Part shown: positions 1-8,036 of the stretch, in pieces
Position numbering within the stretch: the first letter of the stretch is position 1
How the letters are laid out: each line of letters begins with the position of its first letter
NCBI GenBank assembly: GCA_038108555.1
Contig: JAYNIA010000063.1
Span: 1 to 12,762, forward strand
DNA: 12,762 bases
Direction of reading: 5' to 3'
Source of the DNA: Nitrospinota bacterium
Lineage (GTDB): Bacteria > Nitrospinota > Nitrospinia > Nitrospinales > VA-1
The notes under the pieces: generated by a model
Told to the model about the DNA's origin: nothing
The model's input: only the letters and a program-made list of their open reading frames with translations
The model's database searches: none
Translations under genes and position numbers: made by a program

Positions 1-894
1 CAGGTATTGCGGTGAGGCTGCTGAAAGATGCGGCTGAATAAGGACGTTGTCTAAATCCCAAAGCTCAGAAGTTTCCGGCAACGGTTCTTCACCGAAAACA
101 TCCAGATACGCTCCGGCAATTTCCCTGGTTTGCAAGGCTTTAACCAGATCCGATTCTTTATAAATATTTCCCCGCCCAACGTTATAGAGAAATGAGGTTT
201 TCGGTAATTTTTTGAAATGGGAAAAGTTTAAAATTTCATCAGTTCCAGCACCCCCCGGCAAAGCACAAATAAGATGATCGGTATCTATTAAAACCGAATC
301 CAGTTTTTCAAGAGTCACAATTTTATCTTGCTCACCAAAATAATCGGGTGGAGTCATTTCATTCCTTTTGATTCCGGTAATTTCGCAACCGAATGGTTTC
401 AGGAGTTTTCCTATGGCGTTCCCAATCCTTCCAAACCCGAAAATAGTAACGCGTGACTTATAGAGCGATCGCAATTTTTCAGAGACTTTTATACGGGCCC
501 ATTTTTTCTTCTCTTGCATAGTCATGGATAAAGGAAACGCTTTAATAAAATAAAAAACGGCTCCCAGGACACTTTCAGCAATCATGGGTCCATGAAATCC
601 TCCAAACGACAATTTTAAATTTTCAGGAGGCTCCCAGGGAATCCAATCGTTACCCGCAGCGGGAGTGGCAATGAGTTTTAGTTGAGGTGCTTTTTCCAAC
701 CATTCTTTTTTAAAAAACCAGACGAGGACCGCATCTGCCTCCGGAAGTTTATCTTTGAACTCCGCAGAATTAGCACATACCCGCACCTCAATTTCGGGGA
801 GACGCGACTTTAAAAGGTTCGCATGCTCGGTTTTAAAGTTCCATGTGTCGACATGCGGATGAGTTAAATAAACAAGAATTTTTTTATATCTCAC
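1..894 (-). CDS. D-isomer-specific 2-hydroxyacid dehydrogenase, NAD(P)-binding (3' end runs off the window)
   Basis: Manual translation: GTG start at 894 with an AGAGG SD-like motif 7 nt upstream, and an open frame down to position 1 (MRYKKILVYLTHPHVDTWNF...). It contains Rossmann GFGRIG, catalytic-Arg motif YNVGRG, LDVFGEEPLP and QPHLSA (catalytic His). Not in the ORF track because the stop lies outside the window. Confidence 0.93.
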   Translation of the reverse strand, partial: MRYKKILVYLTHPHVDTWNFKTEHANLLKSRLPEIEVRVCANSAEFKDKLPEADAVLVWFFKKEWLEKAPQLKLIATPAAGNDWIPWEPPENLKLSFGGFHGPMIAESVLGAVFYFIKAFPLSMTMQEKKKWARIKVSEKLRSLYKSRVTIFGFGRIGNAIGKLLKPFGCEITGIKRNEMTPPDYFGEQDKIVTLEKLDSVLIDTDHLICALPGGAGTDEILNFSHFKKLPKTSFLYNVGRGNIYKESDLVKALQTREIAGAYLDVFGEEPLPETSELWDLDNVLIQPHLSAASPQYL

Positions 895-1083
895 GATTTA
901 GCCTCTTTTTCTGATTCAACTGTCTCTTCCGGAGCCTCCCGAAATCCATTGGATAAACGCCTCTTAAACTGTGCACATAAGTTAACACTTTAACGATTTA
1001 TCATACCTCCCTTAAACGAGGGATATTTCAACGTTTTTCGTTAAACAGTTGAAAAAATTACACTTAAAAAAAATAAATTATTT

Positions 1084-1099
1084 TGGCCCGCTTTTTGCT
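1084..1099 (+). promoter_or_regulatory. Putative sigma-54 (RpoN) -24/-12 promoter for the HU/IHF-like gene
   Basis: TGGCCCG-CTTT-TTGCT versus consensus TGGCACG-N4-TTGCW (one mismatch). GG(1085-86) and GC(1097-98) are exactly 10 nt apart, about 50 nt upstream of the ATG. Confidence 0.7.
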
Positions 1100-1147
1100 T
1101 TAACTAGATTGTAACATTTACTAACCGCATTTTGATTTGGAGGGATC

Positions 1148-1504
1148 ATGACACGAGTACAATTAGTAGACAAGCTATCTTATCGAATGAAAATTACAAA
1201 AAAAGATGCTGACACTTATCTGACCGCATTTCTTGATTCTATTATGGAGTCATTAGTGAAAGACGGACGGGTGGTGGTTCAGGGGTTTGGATCATTTAAA
1301 GTTAATGAATACAAAGCCCGGACTGCAAAAAAATTATTGACGGGAGAGTTGATTCAATTGCCGGTGCGACGCAAACCCAGTTTTCATGCGGGTAAGGAAT
1401 TACGTGAACGTGTGAATGAAGAGATGGAATTGATGCATGAAGCGGAAGCTCTAATCAATCGTCTTCAAGTTCCAGAAAACGTATTTGAAGCCACAGTCAG
1501 CTAA
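1148..1504 (+). CDS. HU/IHF family DNA-binding protein, atypical arm tip and acidic C-terminal extension
   Basis: GFGSF motif, TGE-x-I, and P-x-F-x-A-GKELRERVN typical of HU/IHF-beta. GGAGG SD at 1139-1143. Confidence 0.92.
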   Translation: MTRVQLVDKLSYRMKITKKDADTYLTAFLDSIMESLVKDGRVVVQGFGSFKVNEYKARTAKKLLTGELIQLPVRRKPSFHAGKELRERVNEEMELMHEAEALINRLQVPENVFEATVS

Positions 1505-1511
1505 TTCACTT

Positions 1512-1541
1512 TTCATATAAATCGCTTTGTTGTGCTACAAT
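1512..1541 (+). promoter_or_regulatory. Putative sigma-70 extended -10 promoter
   Basis: TTCATA (1512-17), 18-nt spacer, TGc-TACAAT (1533-41), upstream of the ORF starting at 1596. Confidence 0.5.
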
Positions 1542-1595
1542 AAATCCGGTAATTCGGCATTTATAACCGTATGGCATAGCAAGAGGAGCCTGGCC

Positions 1596-1871
1596 ATGGC
1601 TGACAACCAGGATACCTGCAGTAAATGCGGGGAACAGAGCATTCTTAAAGGCGATATCGGCCTTAGGACCAGCCGTGACCGTGAGCTTATTGTTGTTGTC
1701 CGGCAAGACCATGGCATTGAAAAAGAGGTCCCTTTGCGGCCCCGAATTTGTGGCCGCTGTGGCTATGTCGATTTTTTTGTTGAAGATCCAACTAATCTAA
1801 AGATTTGTGCCGAGGATAAGCCGGTCAATCCCGATTTCAAGCAACGTCCCCTCCAGGAATCAGATTTCTAA
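1596..1871 (+). CDS. Small putative zinc-ribbon protein (91 aa, CxxC...CxxC)
   Basis: Start reassigned to ATG 1596 because of AGAGGAG at 1582-88. Contains CSKCG and CGRCGY knuckles. Confidence 0.75.
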   Translation: MADNQDTCSKCGEQSILKGDIGLRTSRDRELIVVVRQDHGIEKEVPLRPRICGRCGYVDFFVEDPTNLKICAEDKPVNPDFKQRPLQESDF

Positions 1872-2028
1872 TCCCCCCCTTCCGGGATCCCCAATTCTAC
1901 TATTTATCAATATTTTTCTGCGATACCCCTTGTGCGATGCCCAATTTTGCGCAAGAATGGAACCGGTGTCTGGATTTACATGTTTTGTTGAAATTTATTA
2001 GTAAGCTCTTTTTAACATTATCTTTTTT

Positions 2029-2709
2029 ATGGCCAGACCTTCTAAAGATGAAATTCATTACCTCCTGCTAAAGCTCCATTCCCTAACAGGAATTGTTCCT
2101 ATCGGGGCTTTTCTCGTTATTCATTTATCAATTAATTCGTTACGTACGGTTGGTGTATATCCCTATCAATTGAGCATCGATGTGCTCAACAACCTGCCCT
2201 TCCTGATACTGATAGAAATAGGTTTTATATACATTCCACTATTGTTTCATTCACTGATGGGGTTTTATGTGGTGCATATTGGACAAAACAATGTGTTTCG
2301 GTATAGCTACAAGCGAAACTGGCTATACACCCTTCAGCGTTTGACAGGGGCTATAACCTTCTTATTTCTTATTTATCATATGGGCACCACGGTGGGAGCC
2401 AAAATGTGGGAAGGGAAACACCATTTTGAAGCTGCACCTTTTTTAATGGACATTCTTAACGGTGAGTTTCAAACCTGGCAGGGAATCTTGGTTTACACCA
2501 TAGGAATAGTCTCAGCTACGTTTCATTTTAGTAACGGACTTTGGGGCTTTTGCGTCTCGTGGGGAATTCTGATCGGTAAAAACGCACAAAGAAACGGAGC
2601 CATTGTTTTTGCAGCTATAGGTTTGGGCCTGACTTTTCTGGGTCTGGCAACCGTTCTCGAGTTCAATATGAATCCCATTCCCGTGGAAGCCACGGTGGTG
2701 GCGAGGTAA
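2029..2709 (+). CDS. sdhC: Succinate dehydrogenase/fumarate reductase cytochrome b558 membrane anchor
   Basis: KLHSLTG-x-VP-x-G-x-FL-xx-HL, PLLFH, LQRLTG...IYH, FHFSNGLW...WGI. Five hydrophobic segments and His spacing like Bacillus SdhC. Directly upstream of sdhA. Confidence 0.95.
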   Translation: MARPSKDEIHYLLLKLHSLTGIVPIGAFLVIHLSINSLRTVGVYPYQLSIDVLNNLPFLILIEIGFIYIPLLFHSLMGFYVVHIGQNNVFRYSYKRNWLYTLQRLTGAITFLFLIYHMGTTVGAKMWEGKHHFEAAPFLMDILNGEFQTWQGILVYTIGIVSATFHFSNGLWGFCVSWGILIGKNAQRNGAIVFAAIGLGLTFLGLATVLEFNMNPIPVEATVVAR

Positions 2710-2713
2710 TAGC

Positions 2714-4654
2714 ATGTTAAACCGTAAGAAAAAAATTGTAATCATTGGAGGCGGACTCGCCGGACTGGCTCTGGCTATGAAGTTTTGTGAGCGCAATGGT
2801 GAAGTCACCGTTGTTTCCTACCAGTCCCTCAAACGATCTCATTCAGTGTGCGCACAAGGGGGGATCAATGCGGCTATAGATGCCAAAAACGAAGGGGACA
2901 CTCCAGAAAAACATTTTTACGACACAATCAAAGGGGGAGACTTTCTGGCCCATCAACCTTTGGTACGAGACATGTGTTACCAGGCCCCGGCTATCATCCA
3001 TCTGATGGATCGCATGGGAGTTGCGTTTAACCGTACCGGTGAAGGTCATCTGGATTTTCGCAGGTTCGGAGGAACCCTCTTTAACCGTACCGCTTTTGCA
3101 GGAGCTACTACAGGACAACAACTGGTATATGCCCTCGATGAACAAGTCCGACGAAATATACACGATGGAAATGCCAAAGCTTTGGAATGGCACGAATACC
3201 TGGGTGCCGCGTTGGATTCCGAAGGTATCTGCCGGGGCGCGGTGATCCACGATTTAAAAACAGATGAAATTTATACCCTGCCCGCAGATGCTGTGGTTCT
3301 GGCCACTGGAGGTCCCGGTAAGGTTTATGGTCGCTCCACAAACTCGGTAGTAAATACCGGGGCAGCGGCTACCACTGCTTACCTTCAGGGGGCAAAATAT
3401 GCCAATGGAGAATTTATCCAGATTCATCCCACGGCCATTCCTGGACAGGATAAGCTAAGACTGATGAGTGAGTCAGCACGCGGAGAAGGTGGCAGGGTCT
3501 GGGTTCCACGCAAAGCCAATGACAAACGAGATCCTCGAAAAATCCCGGAAGGCGATCGTCTCTATTTCCTTGAAGAAAAATACCCTCTGTTTAAAAACCT
3601 GGTTCCACGTGATGTGGCCAGTCGCGAAATTTACGACATTGTCTACAACCAAAATATGGGAGTCGCTGGAGAACCCATGGTGTATTTGGATCTCACCCAT
3701 AAAACAAGGGAGTTTCTGGACAACCGTCTGGGCGGTATTATGGATATCTACACCAAGTTCACAGGGGTGGATCCGCGTGAGCAACCCATGAAAATTTTTC
3801 CCGCAGTCCATTATTCAATGGGAGGACTTTGGACCGACTACGGCCCCGACAATCGGGGAATGATCGATCATGGCTCCCCCAAAAACCAAATGACTTCCAT
3901 AAAAGGACTATTTGCAGCTGGCGAAGCCGACTATCAATATCATGGAGCCAACCGTTTGGGGGCCAACTCTTTATTAAGTTGCATATACACCGGCCTGATG
4001 ATGGCCAGAGGGATAATGAACTATACCGATTCGCTGGAAAAATCAGTGGATGACATCCCGTCAACCGTTTTTGACGATGCAAGAAACCACTGGAAGACCC
4101 GGTTCAAAGAAATTAAAAAAATGGATGGCAGTGAAAATCCCTACCAATTGCACCATGAGTTGGGAGAAATCATGCTGGCCAATGTGCTTATTGTTCGCGA
4201 CAACAAATCATTGGAAAAAGCAACCCATGCCATAAATGATATTGAAGACCGGTTTAGAGACATCAAGTGTACGGACACCAGTGACTGGGCAAACCCTTCT
4301 CCCAGCTTTATCAATCAGCTGTTTTGCATGATTCATCTATCTAAAATAATTGCAAAAGGAGCCTTATTGCGTGACGAATTCCGCGGCAGCCATTACAAAC
4401 CGGATTTCGATTTGAATCAGCCAAAAGATTTTGATCCACACGAATACATTGATTATCTGGAACAAAAACAATATGGAGAAATTTCAGAAGACAAATTTCC
4501 CCCCGGTCACCTGGATTATATGAAACGCTTTGAAGAGAACAATAAAAAATGGTTAAAGACCACAGTCGCGCAATTTAAAGATAATAAACCGGACATAACC
4601 TACGAGGAAGTCAACACCTCGTTGATAACTCCGAGGCCCAGAAAATATGACTGA
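2714..4654 (+). CDS. sdhA: Succinate dehydrogenase/fumarate reductase flavoprotein subunit
   Basis: GGGLAG FAD-binding motif, RSHSVCAQGG (covalent FAD His), QIHPT, LMSESARGEGG, LVPRD, HYSMGG, HGANRLGANSL. Confidence 0.98.
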   Translation: MLNRKKKIVIIGGGLAGLALAMKFCERNGEVTVVSYQSLKRSHSVCAQGGINAAIDAKNEGDTPEKHFYDTIKGGDFLAHQPLVRDMCYQAPAIIHLMDRMGVAFNRTGEGHLDFRRFGGTLFNRTAFAGATTGQQLVYALDEQVRRNIHDGNAKALEWHEYLGAALDSEGICRGAVIHDLKTDEIYTLPADAVVLATGGPGKVYGRSTNSVVNTGAAATTAYLQGAKYANGEFIQIHPTAIPGQDKLRLMSESARGEGGRVWVPRKANDKRDPRKIPEGDRLYFLEEKYPLFKNLVPRDVASREIYDIVYNQNMGVAGEPMVYLDLTHKTREFLDNRLGGIMDIYTKFTGVDPREQPMKIFPAVHYSMGGLWTDYGPDNRGMIDHGSPKNQMTSIKGLFAAGEADYQYHGANRLGANSLLSCIYTGLMMARGIMNYTDSLEKSVDDIPSTVFDDARNHWKTRFKEIKKMDGSENPYQLHHELGEIMLANVLIVRDNKSLEKATHAINDIEDRFRDIKCTDTSDWANPSPSFINQLFCMIHLSKIIAKGALLRDEFRGSHYKPDFDLNQPKDFDPHEYIDYLEQKQYGEISEDKFPPGHLDYMKRFEENNKKWLKTTVAQFKDNKPDITYEEVNTSLITPRPRKYD

Positions 4655-5396
4655 TAAAAAAATTCAATTCAAAATAAAACGCCAGGACGAACCGGGATCG
4701 CCCTCGTACTGGCAGAACTTTCAAGTTCCGTACAAGCCTTTTGCCAACATAATTTCCTGTCTAATGGAAATCCAGAAAAACCCTACCACTCAGGCAGGGA
4801 AAACGGTTTCACCCGTCACTTGGGACAGCAATTGCCTCGAAGAAGTCTGCGGCTCCTGCACCATGGTCATCAATGGAAAAGTCCGCCAGGCCTGTACGGC
4901 TCTTGTGGACAATTTGGAAAAACCCATCACACTGGAACCCATGTCGAAATTCCCGGTGGTTCGCGATTTACAGGTCAACCGGACCCGCATGTTTGAAAAT
5001 CTCAAAAAGGTCAAGGCATGGATTGATATCGATGGCTCTCACGATATTGGCGAGGGAGCCGTGATGGCAGATTCGGACCGTGCCAAGCGTTATGTAATGT
5101 CTGAATGCATGACTTGTGGCTGCTGTCTGGAAGCCTGCCCCCAGTTCTCGCTCAATAATTCCTTCATGGGAGCCGCCACTTTCAACCAGGTCCGGCTTTT
5201 TAATCTCCACCCTGTGGGAAACATGAACAGTGAGGAGCGTCTGGATGCTATAATGGGGGAAGGAGGAATCACCGATTGTGGCAACGCACAGGTATGCGTG
5301 GAGGTTTGCCCCAAAAACATACCTCTAACAGAATCTATTGCTGATGTGGGCCGCCAAACCAGCTGGCAATTGATAAAAAATCTCCTTATTAAATAG
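4647..5396 (+). CDS. sdhB: Succinate dehydrogenase/fumarate reductase iron-sulfur subunit
   Basis: CLEEVCGSC...C ([2Fe-2S]), CMTCGCCLEACP and CGNAQVCVEVCP ([4Fe-4S]/[3Fe-4S]). Overlaps sdhA by 8 nt (ATGACTGA). Confidence 0.98.
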   Translation: MTDKKIQFKIKRQDEPGSPSYWQNFQVPYKPFANIISCLMEIQKNPTTQAGKTVSPVTWDSNCLEEVCGSCTMVINGKVRQACTALVDNLEKPITLEPMSKFPVVRDLQVNRTRMFENLKKVKAWIDIDGSHDIGEGAVMADSDRAKRYVMSECMTCGCCLEACPQFSLNNSFMGAATFNQVRLFNLHPVGNMNSEERLDAIMGEGGITDCGNAQVCVEVCPKNIPLTESIADVGRQTSWQLIKNLLIK

Positions 5397-5489
5397 TCCG
5401 GGTATTTTTTATTTAAAACCCTCGAACAGTTTGTTATCATCCATAATCTGTATTTTTATTTTTTGTACTGCAAATAAAGGAAAATTTAA

Positions 5490-6371
5490 ATGAAAGTCTC
5501 GCTTGCCAGCGCAATGGGCACCTGTTTTGGAGTGCAAGATGCCATTAATCTTGCCATGTCCCCTGAATTTAACAACGAATTAACCATTGTCGGTCAACTC
5601 GTTCACAACCCTCAGGTTAGCGAATCCCTCAAACAAAATGGAGTATCTCTGGTACCGGGAATAGAAGATATTGATAAGATTCAAACCAAAAAGGTAATGA
5701 TCACGGCCCACGGCGCGGCTGAGAAAACGAAAAAGAAGCTTCATGATGCTGGCTTCACTGTTTTCGATGCCAGTTGTCCTCTGGTAATGCGGGTTCATCA
5801 GACCATTAAATCACTGGTTTCTAAAGGTTATTTCCCCGTAGTGATCGGTCAAAAAGACCATGTGGAAGTCAAGGGAATCGTTGGAGATTTGGATGACCAC
5901 CTGGTCATAAACAGCGAAGAAGACTTTTCCAAAATCCAAGCCTCCGGGAACCGTCGGCTCGGGATAGTGGTCCAGACAACGCAGCAAAGGGATAAGGTCG
6001 AAGCACTGGTAGAAAAAGTTCGTGCGTTGGAATACGTTGACGATGTTGCATTCGTAAATACGATCTGCCAGCCAACCCACGACCGGCAGGTTGCGGTTCA
6101 TGAGTTGGCCGATCAAGTCGATCTCATGATTGTGATTGGTGGCTACAACTCATCGAACACCAAAAAGCTGGTTCATGTCTGTGATGAAAAAGGAATAGAA
6201 GCCCATCACATAGAATCCTTTGACCAGTTAAACAAAGACTGGTTTATTGGCAAGCAACACGTGGGTATTACGGCAGGCACCAGCACCCCGGAAGATGTAA
6301 TTAACGAAGTCCATGCAAAAATTCTGGAAATTGCAAAAGAAGTGGAAGGCCAGGCATCTCTCGCCACCTGA
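5490..6371 (+). CDS. ispH: 4-hydroxy-3-methylbut-2-enyl diphosphate reductase
   Basis: GTCFGV, GQLVHN, AHG, DASCPLV, HVEV, TICQPT, GGYNSSNT, GITAGTSTP. Three Fe-S cysteines present. AAGGA SD. Confidence 0.97.
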   Translation: MKVSLASAMGTCFGVQDAINLAMSPEFNNELTIVGQLVHNPQVSESLKQNGVSLVPGIEDIDKIQTKKVMITAHGAAEKTKKKLHDAGFTVFDASCPLVMRVHQTIKSLVSKGYFPVVIGQKDHVEVKGIVGDLDDHLVINSEEDFSKIQASGNRRLGIVVQTTQQRDKVEALVEKVRALEYVDDVAFVNTICQPTHDRQVAVHELADQVDLMIVIGGYNSSNTKKLVHVCDEKGIEAHHIESFDQLNKDWFIGKQHVGITAGTSTPEDVINEVHAKILEIAKEVEGQASLAT

Positions 6372-6492
6372 GCAAAATTTAAAGTTTGATTCTGGAAAAA
6401 CCTCTCCAATTACTATCTCCTGCCCCAATAATCTATTTCCCTATAACCTTTGAACTGCTATAAAAACAAAAACGTAAAAAGATTTTTATAAA

Positions 6493-7596
6493 ATGGACGA
6501 TTGGGCGTATTGCCAACAAACACTTCCTCAAGTCAGTAGAACCTTTGCTTTGAATATCAAAGTATTAAAGGGAGAACTGCACCGAAGCATATTAATCGCC
6601 TACCTGTTTTGCCGCACTGTCGATACCGTGGAGGATGCTGCTGTACTCGACCCGAAAACTAAAATCAAACTGCTTTTGGAATTCTCCCGTTTGATTGAAG
6701 ATTCCAGTTATCGAAAAGATCATATCGATGCCTGGATAAACGAATGCGCAGTTGTCGATGGGACAGAAAGTGATCTTGATTTACTGAATAATATTAAACG
6801 GGTTTTCAATATTTTTGATTCCCTAAAAGAAAACCACCAAAAACAAATCGTTCCTTCCGTTTCAAAAATGGCAAAAGGAATGGCACATTTCCAAAGCCGT
6901 TTTCAGTTTGGGGAAATTACCCCCCTCGAAGATGAAAAAGATTTAGAAGAATACTGCTATTTTGTCGCCGGAGTTGTTGGAGAAATGCTGTGCAATCTTT
7001 TCCTGCAAAAGCTTACCTCGCTGCCTGAATCGAAAAAAACAATAATGAGGGAGAATGCTGTTTCATTTGGGTTGGGACTGCAAATGACCAATATCTCTAA
7101 AGACGTAATGGCGGACCGGGACCGGGGCTGGTCTTATATTCCGAAAAGCCTGATTGTCTCCAATGGCCTGACCGTCGATGAGTTTCATGAAGGAAAGTCT
7201 GTGCAGAAAAATCTGCAAATCCTGGAAAAACTGCTTTGCAAAACCAACGGGCATTTGCATGATGCCCTGAAATTCACACTGGCAATTCCAAGAACCGAAA
7301 TATCAATTCGATTATTTTGTATTTGGCCCTTATGGATGGCCATGAAAACTGTGGCAGCCCTGCACAACAATCCGGCATTGTTAAGTTCCAGCGCCCCTGT
7401 TAAAATTTCACGCAGTCAGGTAAAAAGAATTCTTGTTACTACGCCCTTTATGGCGTGGTCGGACACCTTACTCACAAATTCGTTCAATAGTATTCTTGGA
7501 AATAAGGAATTTGAAAGTTATCCAAAATTTGATCTTCAAGACCTGAATCAAAGATTAGGAAAAATTTCTATGGATAATATTTCCTCTAAAATTTAA
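6493..7596 (+). CDS. Squalene/phytoene synthase family protein, most similar to single-enzyme squalene synthase
   Basis: VSRTF flap, YLFCRTVDTVED, YCYFVAGVVG, GLQMTNISKDVMAD, FCIWP and VKISR motifs. Confidence 0.9.
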   Translation: MDDWAYCQQTLPQVSRTFALNIKVLKGELHRSILIAYLFCRTVDTVEDAAVLDPKTKIKLLLEFSRLIEDSSYRKDHIDAWINECAVVDGTESDLDLLNNIKRVFNIFDSLKENHQKQIVPSVSKMAKGMAHFQSRFQFGEITPLEDEKDLEEYCYFVAGVVGEMLCNLFLQKLTSLPESKKTIMRENAVSFGLGLQMTNISKDVMADRDRGWSYIPKSLIVSNGLTVDEFHEGKSVQKNLQILEKLLCKTNGHLHDALKFTLAIPRTEISIRLFCIWPLWMAMKTVAALHNNPALLSSSAPVKISRSQVKRILVTTPFMAWSDTLLTNSFNSILGNKEFESYPKFDLQDLNQRLGKISMDNISSKI

Positions 7597-7616
7597 AACA
7601 CCCAACGATATTTGAA

Positions 7617-8036
7617 ATGGAAAGATTCATAGACAATAAAGACGATACCCTAACCGACTCTACAACCCAACTTATGTGGATGCGGGAAGATGCCTGGCAA
7701 AAAGAAGCAAAATGGTTCACATGGGATGAGGCCGCCGAACTCGCCAGCTACTTCAATGATATTAAATTTGCAGGATTTCAGGATTGGCGGCTTCCCACAG
7801 AAGATGAAATTAAATCCATTTATGATGAAAATGCTTCCAATCAGGACAAATATGGAAAAGAAATTCATTTACCTCCGGCCTTTCCCTCTGGAGGACTGGC
7901 AACGGCCTGGATTAAAGGCGAATCGGGTCACGAAGGAACACTTTTTGACTTTAAAAATGGTGAATTTCGGCCCTTGTATAAAAGTAAGAGCGGGCGAATG
8001 ACCGTCCGTCTAGTCCGGGGTGAAATGAAGAAATAG
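7617..8036 (+). CDS. DUF1566 (Lcl C-terminal-like) domain protein
   Basis: RFIDN-x-D-x-T-x-TD-xx-T-x-LMW, TWDEA, AGFQDWRLPT-xx-E, and terminal VRLVR. Confidence 0.88.
   Translation: MERFIDNKDDTLTDSTTQLMWMREDAWQKEAKWFTWDEAAELASYFNDIKFAGFQDWRLPTEDEIKSIYDENASNQDKYGKEIHLPPAFPSGGLATAWIKGESGHEGTLFDFKNGEFRPLYKSKSGRMTVRLVRGEMKK

Noticed and set aside
1527..1595. N-terminal extension of the zinc-ribbon ORF from TTG 1527
   Set aside because: It overlaps the predicted -10 element, and the strong SD precedes ATG 1596.
1869..1892. TAATCCCCCCCTTCCGGGATCCCC as a third copy of the REP-like element or a terminator
   Set aside because: It shares only AATCCCCC with the element, has a 5-bp stem and no adjacent U-tract. 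Too weak to call.
7617..8036. DUF1566 as the target of a diversity-generating retroelement
   Set aside because: No reverse transcriptase and no template-repeat copy of its 3' end were seen in the window.
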